A DNA stretch of 17,811 nt from an uncultured Gemmatimonadota bacterium (GTDB lineage: Bacteria; SM23-81). Position 1 is the stretch's first letter, and every line of letters begins with the position of its first letter. Positions 6,989-16,300 of this stretch are shown one piece after another. A program made the translations under genes and the position numbers. The stretch is taken from assembly GCA_964584035.1 (NCBI GenBank), contig CAZOYL010000047.1, positions 1 through 17,811 of the forward strand. The letters run 5' to 3'. The notes beneath the pieces were generated by a model. It saw only the letters and a program-made list of their open reading frames with translations. It was not told the origin of the DNA and made no database searches.

Positions 6989-9343
6989 ATGTCCAGTCAT
7001 TCTCCTCTGATCGTTCTTCCCTGTGTTCTTCTGATGCTCCTCCTGCTGCTGCCTGCCGCATCTTCGGCCTTTTCCGATCGCCAGCCGGCCGAGATCATCC
7101 TGGAACATCCCGGTCAGCTGGAGAGTCTGTATAAGCTGGAGGTTGATATCGACAAGGTCATCGGCGATGTGGTCACCGTCTATGTCGATACCAGTGAGTT
7201 CGAGCGAATCAAGGAGCGCGGTCTCGAGATCCGGTGGATCCCTAATCGAGCCAAGATCTATGCGGATAGTCTTTTTCAAGCCACCAAGGGAACCGCCAAT
7301 GTCATGGCCGACTATCATACTCACGCGGAGCTGACGGCCGATCTGGACAGCATCGCCAATGCCCACCCGACGCTGTGCCGGCTGGACAGCATCGGGGCCA
7401 GCATCCAGGGACGGGCCCTGTGGTTCATGAAGATCAGCGACAACGTCAACCTGGAGGAGGACGAGCCGGAGTTCAAGTACATCTCCACCATGCACGGGGA
7501 CGAGGTGGTGGGAGTGGAGATGTGTTATTACCTGATCGAATACCTGATGAACAATTACGGCACCGATTCACTGGCCACTTTTCTGGTGGACGAGACCGAG
7601 ATCTGGATCATGCCGATGATGAATCCCGACGGCAACGCTCTTCATCAGCGCTACAATGCCAACGGCGTCGATCTGAACCGCAACTTCCCCGATTTCGTCG
7701 TCGGCCCGGCCAACGACACCACCGGGCTGGAGCGGGAGACGAAACTGATCATGCTCTGGGAGGAACCACAGACTTCGATTCTTTCGGCCAACTTTCACGG
7801 TGGCGCCCTGGTGGTCAACTACCCCTGGGACTCCACCTGGGATTACAATCCGGATGATACTCTGTTTCATGACATTTCTTTAACTTACTCCAGCACCAAC
7901 CTGCCCATGTGGAACAGCTCCTCTTTCGACAACGGCGTCGTCCGCGGAGTCGAATGGTACCTGATTCACGGCGGCATGCAGGACTGGAACTACTACTGGA
8001 TGGGCTGCAACGAGGTGACCATCGAGTTGGGCGATAAATGGCCCTCTGCGTCCACCCTGCCGGGTTACTGGGATGACAATCGCGAATCCATGCTGAACTA
8101 CATGGCCCGGGTGCACGACGGCGTCCGCGGCCTGGTCACCAACGCTTCCTCCGGCCTGCCGGTGGCGGCCACGGTGGAAGTTCAGGGGATCGATCACGAG
8201 GTATATACCGACGCCGATGTGGGCGATTACCACCGCATGCTGCTGCCCGGAACGTATACGCTGGAGTTTTCAGCGACGGGATATTCACCGGCGACGGTGC
8301 CGGGTGTGGTGGTGACGGCCGAGAGCACCACGGTGGTCAATGTCCAGCTCTACCCGGTCGTCATCGGCAACATCTCCGGCAAGGTCACCGAGGCGGGCAC
8401 CGGCACTCCGCTGCAGGCCTCCGTGGAGGTGCTGGATTCGGGGTTCGGCCCGGTGAGCTCCGATTCGGCCACCGGCGAGTACACCATTAACGTCTATGAG
8501 GGCGTCTACACCATGCGGGTGAGCAAGGACGGATACGGCACCGTGCTGCGGGACAGCGTGGTCGTCTCCGGAAGCATCGTGGAGGACTTTCAGCTGGCCC
8601 CCGTGGCCGAGCATCTCTATGCCAGTTATGACTCGGCGGCCATTCCCGATCCAGGCTACATCACCAGCGTCATCGCGGTGCCCGATTCCTTCACCGCCGA
8701 GGATCTCAACGTCTATATCGACATTACCCACACCTATATCGGCGATCTGGACGTTCAGCTGGAGAATCCGCAGGGCGATTTCATCTATCTCCACCACCGC
8801 CAGGGAGGCTCCGATGATGATATCGTTACCTGGTATGATACAGAGACCGAGCCCTATGACAGCCTTTCGCAGCTCATCGGCAAAGAGGCCGCCGGGGACT
8901 GGACCCTTTGGGTGATCGACAATGCCGGCTATGATGAGGGCACCCTGAACCAGTGGACGCTGCAGCTCTATGGCGGCGGGGATGTCTCGCCGCCGCCGCC
9001 GGTGGACGACCTTCAGGTCGACCTGCGCCAGGATGTGATCGTCCTCACCTGGACCGGCGTCACAGACGATATCGGCATGAGCCACTACGTGGTCTATCGC
9101 AACGCCGATCCGGCCTTCGTGCCCCAGGCCTCAGATTCCATCGGCTGGACCGACAGCAGCTCATACATCGACGAAGACAGTCCGGTGAGCAACAGCGGGG
9201 TGAACGGATATTACCTGATCAAAGCGGTCGATCTGTCGGGAAACAAATCCGACCCCTCTAACGAAGTGGGTGAGTTCGACAAGAACCTCCAGGGCGCCTG
9301 CAAGGATAGAAAGAAACATCCCCTGCCCCAGGGGAGAGGCTAG
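6989..9343 (+). CDS. Secreted M14 zinc carboxypeptidase (CPD/CPE/CPN-like), 784 aa, with 2 carboxypeptidase regulatory-like domains, a proprotein convertase P-domain and a C-terminal FN3-like module
   Basis: Catalytic motifs MHGDE, RYNANGVDLNRNFP, ANFHGG, NYPWD, GGMQDWNY and EVTIELG. P-domain DLNVYIDITHTYIGDLDVQLENPQG...GDWTLWVIDNAGYDEGTLNQWTL. Start at ATG 6989 behind AAGGAG (6978-6983), followed by a signal peptide; the ORF-track start at 6704 lies upstream of the sigma-70 promoter. Confidence 0.93.
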   Translation: MSSHSPLIVLPCVLLMLLLLLPAASSAFSDRQPAEIILEHPGQLESLYKLEVDIDKVIGDVVTVYVDTSEFERIKERGLEIRWIPNRAKIYADSLFQATKGTANVMADYHTHAELTADLDSIANAHPTLCRLDSIGASIQGRALWFMKISDNVNLEEDEPEFKYISTMHGDEVVGVEMCYYLIEYLMNNYGTDSLATFLVDETEIWIMPMMNPDGNALHQRYNANGVDLNRNFPDFVVGPANDTTGLERETKLIMLWEEPQTSILSANFHGGALVVNYPWDSTWDYNPDDTLFHDISLTYSSTNLPMWNSSSFDNGVVRGVEWYLIHGGMQDWNYYWMGCNEVTIELGDKWPSASTLPGYWDDNRESMLNYMARVHDGVRGLVTNASSGLPVAATVEVQGIDHEVYTDADVGDYHRMLLPGTYTLEFSATGYSPATVPGVVVTAESTTVVNVQLYPVVIGNISGKVTEAGTGTPLQASVEVLDSGFGPVSSDSATGEYTINVYEGVYTMRVSKDGYGTVLRDSVVVSGSIVEDFQLAPVAEHLYASYDSAAIPDPGYITSVIAVPDSFTAEDLNVYIDITHTYIGDLDVQLENPQGDFIYLHHRQGGSDDDIVTWYDTETEPYDSLSQLIGKEAAGDWTLWVIDNAGYDEGTLNQWTLQLYGGGDVSPPPPVDDLQVDLRQDVIVLTWTGVTDDIGMSHYVVYRNADPAFVPQASDSIGWTDSSSYIDEDSPVSNSGVNGYYLIKAVDLSGNKSDPSNEVGEFDKNLQGACKDRKKHPLPQGRG

Positions 9344-9414
9344 AGAGCTTCGGTCCGGGCAGCGGTGATTGAACCTGGTGATCACGTGGCGGACCCCTTA
9401 CGAACGGTGGTCTG

Positions 9415-12400
9415 ATGACACCGGAGAGGAGTGGTGGTGTGAGGAGAGAACGAGTGGTTCCGAACGTTTGCTCTCAAGATCGCGCTTCCTGGCGGATCGT
9501 CGGTCTGATCTGCCTGATTCTGGCTCTGTTGTCGACGAGCGCCCTGGCCGATCGCGGCCCCGGATCGCTCGACGGTGAGGATGGAATTTTACGAAACGAG
9601 ATCCTCGCCGAGGTCTCCGGCAGCGGCCGGATTCACCTGCGGGCGGCGCTGCGCCAGCCCGATACCCGCCGGACGGAGATCGCCGGGCGGCCTTTTCATG
9701 AATGGATCATGGCCGGCGAGGGCGTCACGGCCGAGGTGGGCAAGCCTCGCCTTCCGGTGATTCGGCGTCTGGTGGAGATTCCCTTCGGGGCCGAGGTGAT
9801 TCTGAGAGGCCTGACCACCGGCGATGTCGAGCTGGATCTGTCTGCCGCCGGCCTGATGGATCCCATCGCGCCGGTACAGCCTCCGGTTCCCAAGATCCCC
9901 GGGGCGGGGCAGAACGCTTCTCTGGTCATCGATCAGGCTCATTACGGGCGGGACGAGTTCTGGCCTCCCGAGGTGGTCCGGGTTCGGGAGATCGGGGTTC
10001 TACGGCAGTCCCGGCTGGCTCTGGTGGAGATCTTTCCGGTACGCTATAATCCCCGCCGCGGGCGGGTTCGCCTGTGCTCCTCGGTCCAGTTCGATCTCAT
10101 CCTGCAGGGCGGCGATGCGGCCGCCACCCGGGAGCATCAGCGCCGCTACACCAACGGTCTGACCCGGCGCTGGAATACCTCCGACCTGTTCATCAAATCG
10201 GAACCCAAGCCCCGGCCCATGGACGGCTGGTCGCAGACGCCGGTGACCTATCTCATGGTGGTGGCCGATGAGCTTAGCCAGGCCGTGCAGCCGTTGGCCG
10301 AATGGAAACGACGGCAGGGATTCGAGGTCGTCCTGGCCGCGACCTCGCAGACGGGGACGACGCGGGAGGACATCAGGGATTACGTCAAAGAGGCCTACGA
10401 AACCTGGGAGCATCCGCCCACCTTCCTGCTGCTGGTCGGCGACAGCGGACAGATCCCGCCTTACACCGTGGGGGGCATCACCACCGATCTCTATTATACC
10501 ACCATGAGCGCAGGGGACTATCTCCCCGATATCCAGGTCGGCCGGCTGGCGGTGGCCGATTCTTCCGGTCTGGATGCAGTGGTTCAGAAGATCGTCGGAC
10601 ACGAAATGGGCCTCTGGGAGAACGACGATAGCTGGACCCGGCACGGGTACTTCATGGCCTCCAATGACGGCTGGTATCATGATGTGGCCGAGGCCACCCA
10701 GAATTACTGTATAGGGCTGGCCCGCGCTTACGGGATGGTCTGCGATTCCCTGTTCGAGTACTATCACAGCGGTACGCCGGTCTCGACGGCGCTGAATGGC
10801 GGCCGGACGATGGCCGTCTATAGCGGCCACGGCAGCTATACCACCTGGCAGGGACCTGCCTTTACCCAGGCCAATATCGAAGCGCTGGATAACGGACAGA
10901 TGTATCCCCTGGTTTGCAGCCATGCCTGTAACACCGGCGGATTTCAACAGTCGGTCTGTTTCGGGGAGACCTGGCTGCGAACACCGGAGAAAGGGGCGGC
11001 GGCTTTCTGGGGCTCCAGTGTTTCCTCTTACTGGGATGAGGACGACATTCTGCAGCGAGCCATGTTCAAGGCCCTGTTTGACAGCAGCCTGACCTGGCTG
11101 GCCGGCATGATGGACCAGGCCAAGCTGGAACTCTTTACCCACTTCGGTGGCGAAGGACTCAGCGAAAATTACTACCGGCAGTATAATCTTCTGGGCGACC
11201 CGTCCATGTATCTGTGGACCCGGCCGCCTAAATCGCTGGTGGTGGAGCATGATGATCAGATCGCCATCGGCAGCTCGGTCTTTCAGGCCAAGATCCGCGA
11301 GCCCAGACCCTCCGGGCCGGGAGCTCAGGATGCCGTCAAATCGACCATGCTCGCACCGGTGGACGGCGCTCTGGTCTCGGTGCTCGCCGGGGACGGTCGG
11401 CGAGGGCTGGCCGGATCGATCGGAGGGCAGGTCTCGGTGGCGGTACAGCCGGCCCTGACCCGCGAGGAGCCCCTGGAGGTGGCGGTCAGCAAGCCGGGGT
11501 ATCGGCCCTATGTGGGCGCCACCGAGGTGAAAGCCAATGGTCCCTTTCTGGTCTATGGCGGCCACGAGGTGAATGACGCCGGGGGCAACGGCGATGGCCA
11601 GGTTAACGCCGGGGAAAGTATTCAGCTGACCGTGACCATCGAGAACAATGGCAGCGAAAGATCTCAGGATGTCCACGCCGTTCTTTCCGAGAGCGATCCC
11701 TATGTCCAGCTATCCCGGTCATCGGCCGGTTACGGCGACATCGACGCCAAAGGCTCCGCTCCGGGAGTCCCGCCCTATGAATGCCGTGTCCTGGAGCTTT
11801 GCCCAAACGGTCATGTCATCGAATTCTCCCTGACGGCTTCCGACGACGCCGGCCGGAAATGGTTCTCCACGTTCGAGGTGGCGGTGGTGGCGCCCGATGT
11901 AGCCATTCTGCGTCATGACGTCCAGGATTTTGCTCCGGGCGGAAACGATAACGGAGTAGCCGAGGCGGGGGAGACCGTGAATCTGGTGGTCCTGTTGACC
12001 AACCGGGGATTGGCGGCCGCATCCGGTGTGACGGCCAGGCTCACCTCGCTGTCTGACCGTATCGATGTGCTGGCCGACAGCGCCGAATACGGAGATCTCG
12101 CTCCCCAGGCGATGACCACCGGCACTCCGGCTTACCGGCTGTTCATCGATGAACAGCTGGACAGCCTGCTGTCCTGCCCGCTGGTCATGGATATCCGCAG
12201 TGCCGAAGGATACGCCACCGCGGAGACCCTCGATGTACTGGCCGGGATTCCCGGTTTTGGCGATAATTTTGAATCGGGTCAGGGGGGCTGGACCCACGCG
12301 GCCATCACCCAGGATTATGTGGATGACTGGCATCTCTCTCATCAACGGAGCACCAGCGATTCCACCAGCTGGAAATGCGGCCAACCGGGCGCCGGGCATT

Positions 12401-13131
12401 ATTCTCATTACCAGGACGCCGGGCTGGTGACGCCGCCCATTCTGCTGGCCGAGGAATCGATGCTGACCTTCCAGCACTGGATCGCAGCCGAGACCTACGA
12501 TGCCACCAGATGCTGGGACGGGGGTCTGGTGGAGATCAGCGATGACGGCGGGATGAACTGGGAACAGATCTTTCCGACCGGCGGATATCCCTATGCCATT
12601 TGGGATAACGCGCCCTCGGTCGGAAATCCTCTGGCCGCAGGCACCCCGTGTTTTTCAGGGAGCAGCGACTGGATGGAGGAGGAGTACGACCTGGCCGCAT
12701 ACAGCGGCTTGATCCAGATCCGGTTCCGGTTCTGTTCCGATCAGTATACCGAGAAGGAAGGCTGGTATATTGACGATATCAAAGTGGGCCCGGCCGAGAC
12801 CGGGATGCTCTCGGCGCCCGGTCCTCAGATCTTCCCTGCGGGCCGCGACCTGGTGCTTGTCTGGGCTCCTGTGTCCGGATCCGGTCAGGGCGTCCGCTAC
12901 GAGATCTATCGAACCGTCGATCCTTTCGGGCCGTTGGATACCGATCAGAGAATGGCAGTGGTGACCGAGCCTTACTGCACCATCGCGGCAGTCGATCTGG
13001 AACGGACTGGTTTGAAAACGGATGCCGCCGTATCTTCCCCGGATTACTTTATCATTGTGGCCGTGGATGCCGACGGCCGCCGGTCGCCGCCCTCACAGGT
13101 GGTGGGGTGCTGGCGCCGGGCCGTGAGGTGA
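9415..13131 (+). CDS. Secreted C25 (gingipain-family) cysteine peptidase: propeptide, catalytic domain, Ig-like domains, MAM/cleaved-adhesin-like domain, degenerate FN3-like tail
   Basis: Propeptide GKPRLPVIRRLVEIP...IFPVRYNP. Catalytic-domain motifs LAEWKRRQG, LLLVGD, TDLYY, DYLPDIQVGRL, YSGHGS, SHACNTG (His-Cys 33 residues apart), CFGETW and YNLLGDPS. Two GNxxGxxxAGE repeats, and a WDGGLVEISDDGG...IRFRFxSD...GWYIDDI domain. The true start may be GTG 9439 or 9454, each with GAGGAG 7 nt upstream. Confidence 0.93.
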   Translation: MTPERSGGVRRERVVPNVCSQDRASWRIVGLICLILALLSTSALADRGPGSLDGEDGILRNEILAEVSGSGRIHLRAALRQPDTRRTEIAGRPFHEWIMAGEGVTAEVGKPRLPVIRRLVEIPFGAEVILRGLTTGDVELDLSAAGLMDPIAPVQPPVPKIPGAGQNASLVIDQAHYGRDEFWPPEVVRVREIGVLRQSRLALVEIFPVRYNPRRGRVRLCSSVQFDLILQGGDAAATREHQRRYTNGLTRRWNTSDLFIKSEPKPRPMDGWSQTPVTYLMVVADELSQAVQPLAEWKRRQGFEVVLAATSQTGTTREDIRDYVKEAYETWEHPPTFLLLVGDSGQIPPYTVGGITTDLYYTTMSAGDYLPDIQVGRLAVADSSGLDAVVQKIVGHEMGLWENDDSWTRHGYFMASNDGWYHDVAEATQNYCIGLARAYGMVCDSLFEYYHSGTPVSTALNGGRTMAVYSGHGSYTTWQGPAFTQANIEALDNGQMYPLVCSHACNTGGFQQSVCFGETWLRTPEKGAAAFWGSSVSSYWDEDDILQRAMFKALFDSSLTWLAGMMDQAKLELFTHFGGEGLSENYYRQYNLLGDPSMYLWTRPPKSLVVEHDDQIAIGSSVFQAKIREPRPSGPGAQDAVKSTMLAPVDGALVSVLAGDGRRGLAGSIGGQVSVAVQPALTREEPLEVAVSKPGYRPYVGATEVKANGPFLVYGGHEVNDAGGNGDGQVNAGESIQLTVTIENNGSERSQDVHAVLSESDPYVQLSRSSAGYGDIDAKGSAPGVPPYECRVLELCPNGHVIEFSLTASDDAGRKWFSTFEVAVVAPDVAILRHDVQDFAPGGNDNGVAEAGETVNLVVLLTNRGLAAASGVTARLTSLSDRIDVLADSAEYGDLAPQAMTTGTPAYRLFIDEQLDSLLSCPLVMDIRSAEGYATAETLDVLAGIPGFGDNFESGQGGWTHAAITQDYVDDWHLSHQRSTSDSTSWKCGQPGAGHYSHYQDAGLVTPPILLAEESMLTFQHWIAAETYDATRCWDGGLVEISDDGGMNWEQIFPTGGYPYAIWDNAPSVGNPLAAGTPCFSGSSDWMEEEYDLAAYSGLIQIRFRFCSDQYTEKEGWYIDDIKVGPAETGMLSAPGPQIFPAGRDLVLVWAPVSGSGQGVRYEIYRTVDPFGPLDTDQRMAVVTEPYCTIAAVDLERTGLKTDAAVSSPDYFIIVAVDADGRRSPPSQVVGCWRRAVR

Positions 13132-13328
13132 CCGGCCGAGGGGGCACTCCGGATTCGACCGTGCTTCTCTATCTCAAGATGAGAATCCGATAATCCAGCA
13201 AGAATTCCTGTTCTCTAACTGAAGACCTCCTGACTCGGAAAGAGGTGATCTATTCGAAACGAAGATCGTTCGACAATATCACACCTTTTTCAAAATGAGA
13301 GATGTTTCTTTTTTGGGAGGTTCTATTC

Positions 13329-16300
13329 ATGCGCCCCTATTCGTCCGCTAAAATGTTCTCTGTCATCCTTCTGGTCCTGGCTGCTGCGCTGATTTTTACC
13401 GGCGCTCAGGCCGGCCGGGACCTGAAACCGACCGGTTTTCACCCCCGGGTCAATATCGTTCACCTGGATCAGGGCACCGGCGATACCCAGTACTATTTCC
13501 TGGCCGCCGTGCCGATGACCGTTTTTCATCACGACGGCAGCGTCTATACCGCCCTGCTGTTGTCCGATGATATCACCGACCAGACCGTCGGCTACATGCT
13601 GGATGACTGGCAGGCTTACCTGGATGAGCATCCCGGCCTGGACCGTCACATCAACTTCATCGGCGGCGTATCCGGCTCGATCCAGACCGCCGTGACGACA
13701 CAGTTCGGGATCAGCGATCCCGAGGCCGTCTCGGTCATCGAGGGGACACCCATCGAGGTAGCCAACGAGATCGCCGAGCACGACTGGCGAAGCAGCAGCA
13801 CCGTCGTCATCGCCCCCTATGTGACCACGTTGACCAATCATGACCGCGAATCCATCGCCAACGCCGCCGTCATCGCCGCCCTGAACAACGCGCCCCTGTT
13901 ATTCACGGAAGTTTCGGCTCTGTCCTCCGAGACACTCGATCTTATGGGCCGCCTGGGCGCCGATCAGGCCATCCTGGTGGAGATCGACGATGTCATCAGC
14001 GCCAATGTCAATACTCAGCTCTCCGGAGCCGGTATTACCGTGACCGCGGACCTGACCACCGAGTCGAACGTGGTGGCCGAGATCAAATCCCTGACCGATC
14101 AGGTCACCGTCTGCGGCCTGGTGGACGCGACCGACTGGCAGCACCTGCCGGCCGCCTTCAGCGGCGCCCTGTACGGCGGGTATGTGCTCTATCTGCCCGG
14201 CGGCCTGAACAAGATGGCCAACGACCTGTATGCCCGGGTCAAGCAGGATCCTGAGCTGAGCAGCTTCTATAAGCTCACCGAACGCCCGTCCGGGAAGGGC
14301 TGGCTGAAGGACATGGAGAAGGGCATCGCCGATAATTTCTACGCCTGGCTGGATGGCCTGAGCGGATCGGATCCCGACGATCTGGAGACGGTGATCACCT
14401 TCGAGCCGCAGGGGACCGGCGGGGGAGCCCTGGAGACCACCTTCGAGCGGTCGATCTCCGGAGATCCCTCCGATCTGACCCGCCCCGGGGCTATCACCGG
14501 CCGGATGCCGTTGAGCTATCGCCGTAATCTGGCCCTGGCCAACCGCACCGGCATGTACCGGGCGACCATCTTCGCCAATCCCCGCCCGCAGCACGTCACC
14601 CTGGCCATGAATGCCTATGAGGTGCAGCACACCGCCGGCTATGCCGACAGTTGGGGCAGCAGCCACACTGTCAATGAAGTCTTCGGCTGGCCGGCGGCCG
14701 GGTGGACCTCTTCCAACGGTTATTTTCCGTGGGATGACATTCATTCGAATCCCCCGGATCTTTCACCGATCCTGCCTCCGCCGGCCAACGGCAGCGCCGG
14801 CCATGACTGCGGCCAGTTCGCCTCCTTCCTGCAGGCCGGATATGAGGCACACTGGCACAGCGGCTCCGGAGCCGGCACGGGACAGCATCCGGCCCAGCCG
14901 ACCGTGGATAATATGGGATTCGTCGCCGATGTGAGCGACGGCAGCGCCTTCATGTATTTCAGTTGCCACGGCGGCGGCACCGTCATCGCCGTGCGCAACA
15001 CCGATAACGGCATTGCCCAGGACTCCGGCGCTCCAGCTTTTGGCGCGGCCTACTGGCCGGACGACGATGAGCGGACTTACGATGGCAGTGCCGGCGGCGA
15101 TTATTACCAGAGCGATCTGGACAGCGATCTGACCAACGCCCACGGCATGATGATCGCCTATAACGCCTGTGACATGGCCGAGGGTTACATGAACGAGGTG
15201 CTGCTGGAGCACGGCGGCACCGTGTCCATCGGCAGCTACACCTCGGTCAGCTTCGACGGCTCCGGCTGGTGGTGGAACATCTGGGTCCATCTGGTGACCA
15301 GCGAGGGCTATACCACCGGCGAGGCGGCCACCTACGCCACGGCTCGCGTCTCCGACCTGATGACGCCGGCCAGCAAGGGCCCCGACACCAGCCTGCGGTA
15401 CGTGGTCTACGGCGACCCCAACTGTCCCTTCGTGCAGGCCGGCTGGACCTCACCGACTCCCGACCCGATCAACACCAATTACGGCGGCCATAAGCCCGAC
15501 AAGCCGGAGAATGAGTTCGCCGGCAGTGTGGTGCCCGACACCATCACGGTCAACGTGGCCACTCCGGTCACCGTTACCCTGCTGGACACCTCCGGCGTGG
15601 GCGTGGACAGTGTCCTGGTGACCGTCGAGGGCTGGGGCGTCGACCTCTCGGATCTGACCGACGGGTCCGGACAGGCCGTGTTCAATATCACCGCCCCATA
15701 CGGGGAGCAGTTGATGGTCACCGGCGAGAGGGATGCTTTCGACACCTTTATCGACACTATCTTCGTCGTGGGCGCCTCCGATTTCACGATAGCCGAGATC
15801 ACCTGTGAGGTGTCCGAGGTCGGGCTGATCGATACCCTGACTCCTTATTACGAAGGCATCATCACCGGCGTTTCCGACCAAACCGGTTTCGACCTGCTGG
15901 CCAAGGGATGCGGCCTGGATGCCGGCACCACCGCGGCCGGCGACAGCGTGGATCTGAGCGTCATGCCCACCGCCACCGGCGTGGTCAAGGGCGCCATCGC
16001 CAAATCCGGATATAACATCTACCTGGAGAACATCCCCTGCATCAGCGTCTATGGAACGCTGGCCGGCACGGTGACCGACGGCGCCAGCGGCGATTCCCTG
16101 GCCGGCGTGCGCATCAAGGGTTATAACCAGGGAGCCGATACCAGCCTGGCCTCCCCGGTCTTCAACGTGGTCAGCGACGGCGACGGCCTCTATACCGTTC
16201 CCGATCAGCTGGCCGTGGGACTGTATGATCTGTACAGCCAGAACTTCGGATATCTCAATTACAGCGACACCACCCGGATCATGTACGGCGCCAATGTTCA

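Noticed and set aside
10000..11676. 558-aa antisense ORF
   Set aside because: It lies opposite the C25 catalytic domain and has no recognisable motifs. It is a typical shadow ORF of GC-rich coding DNA.
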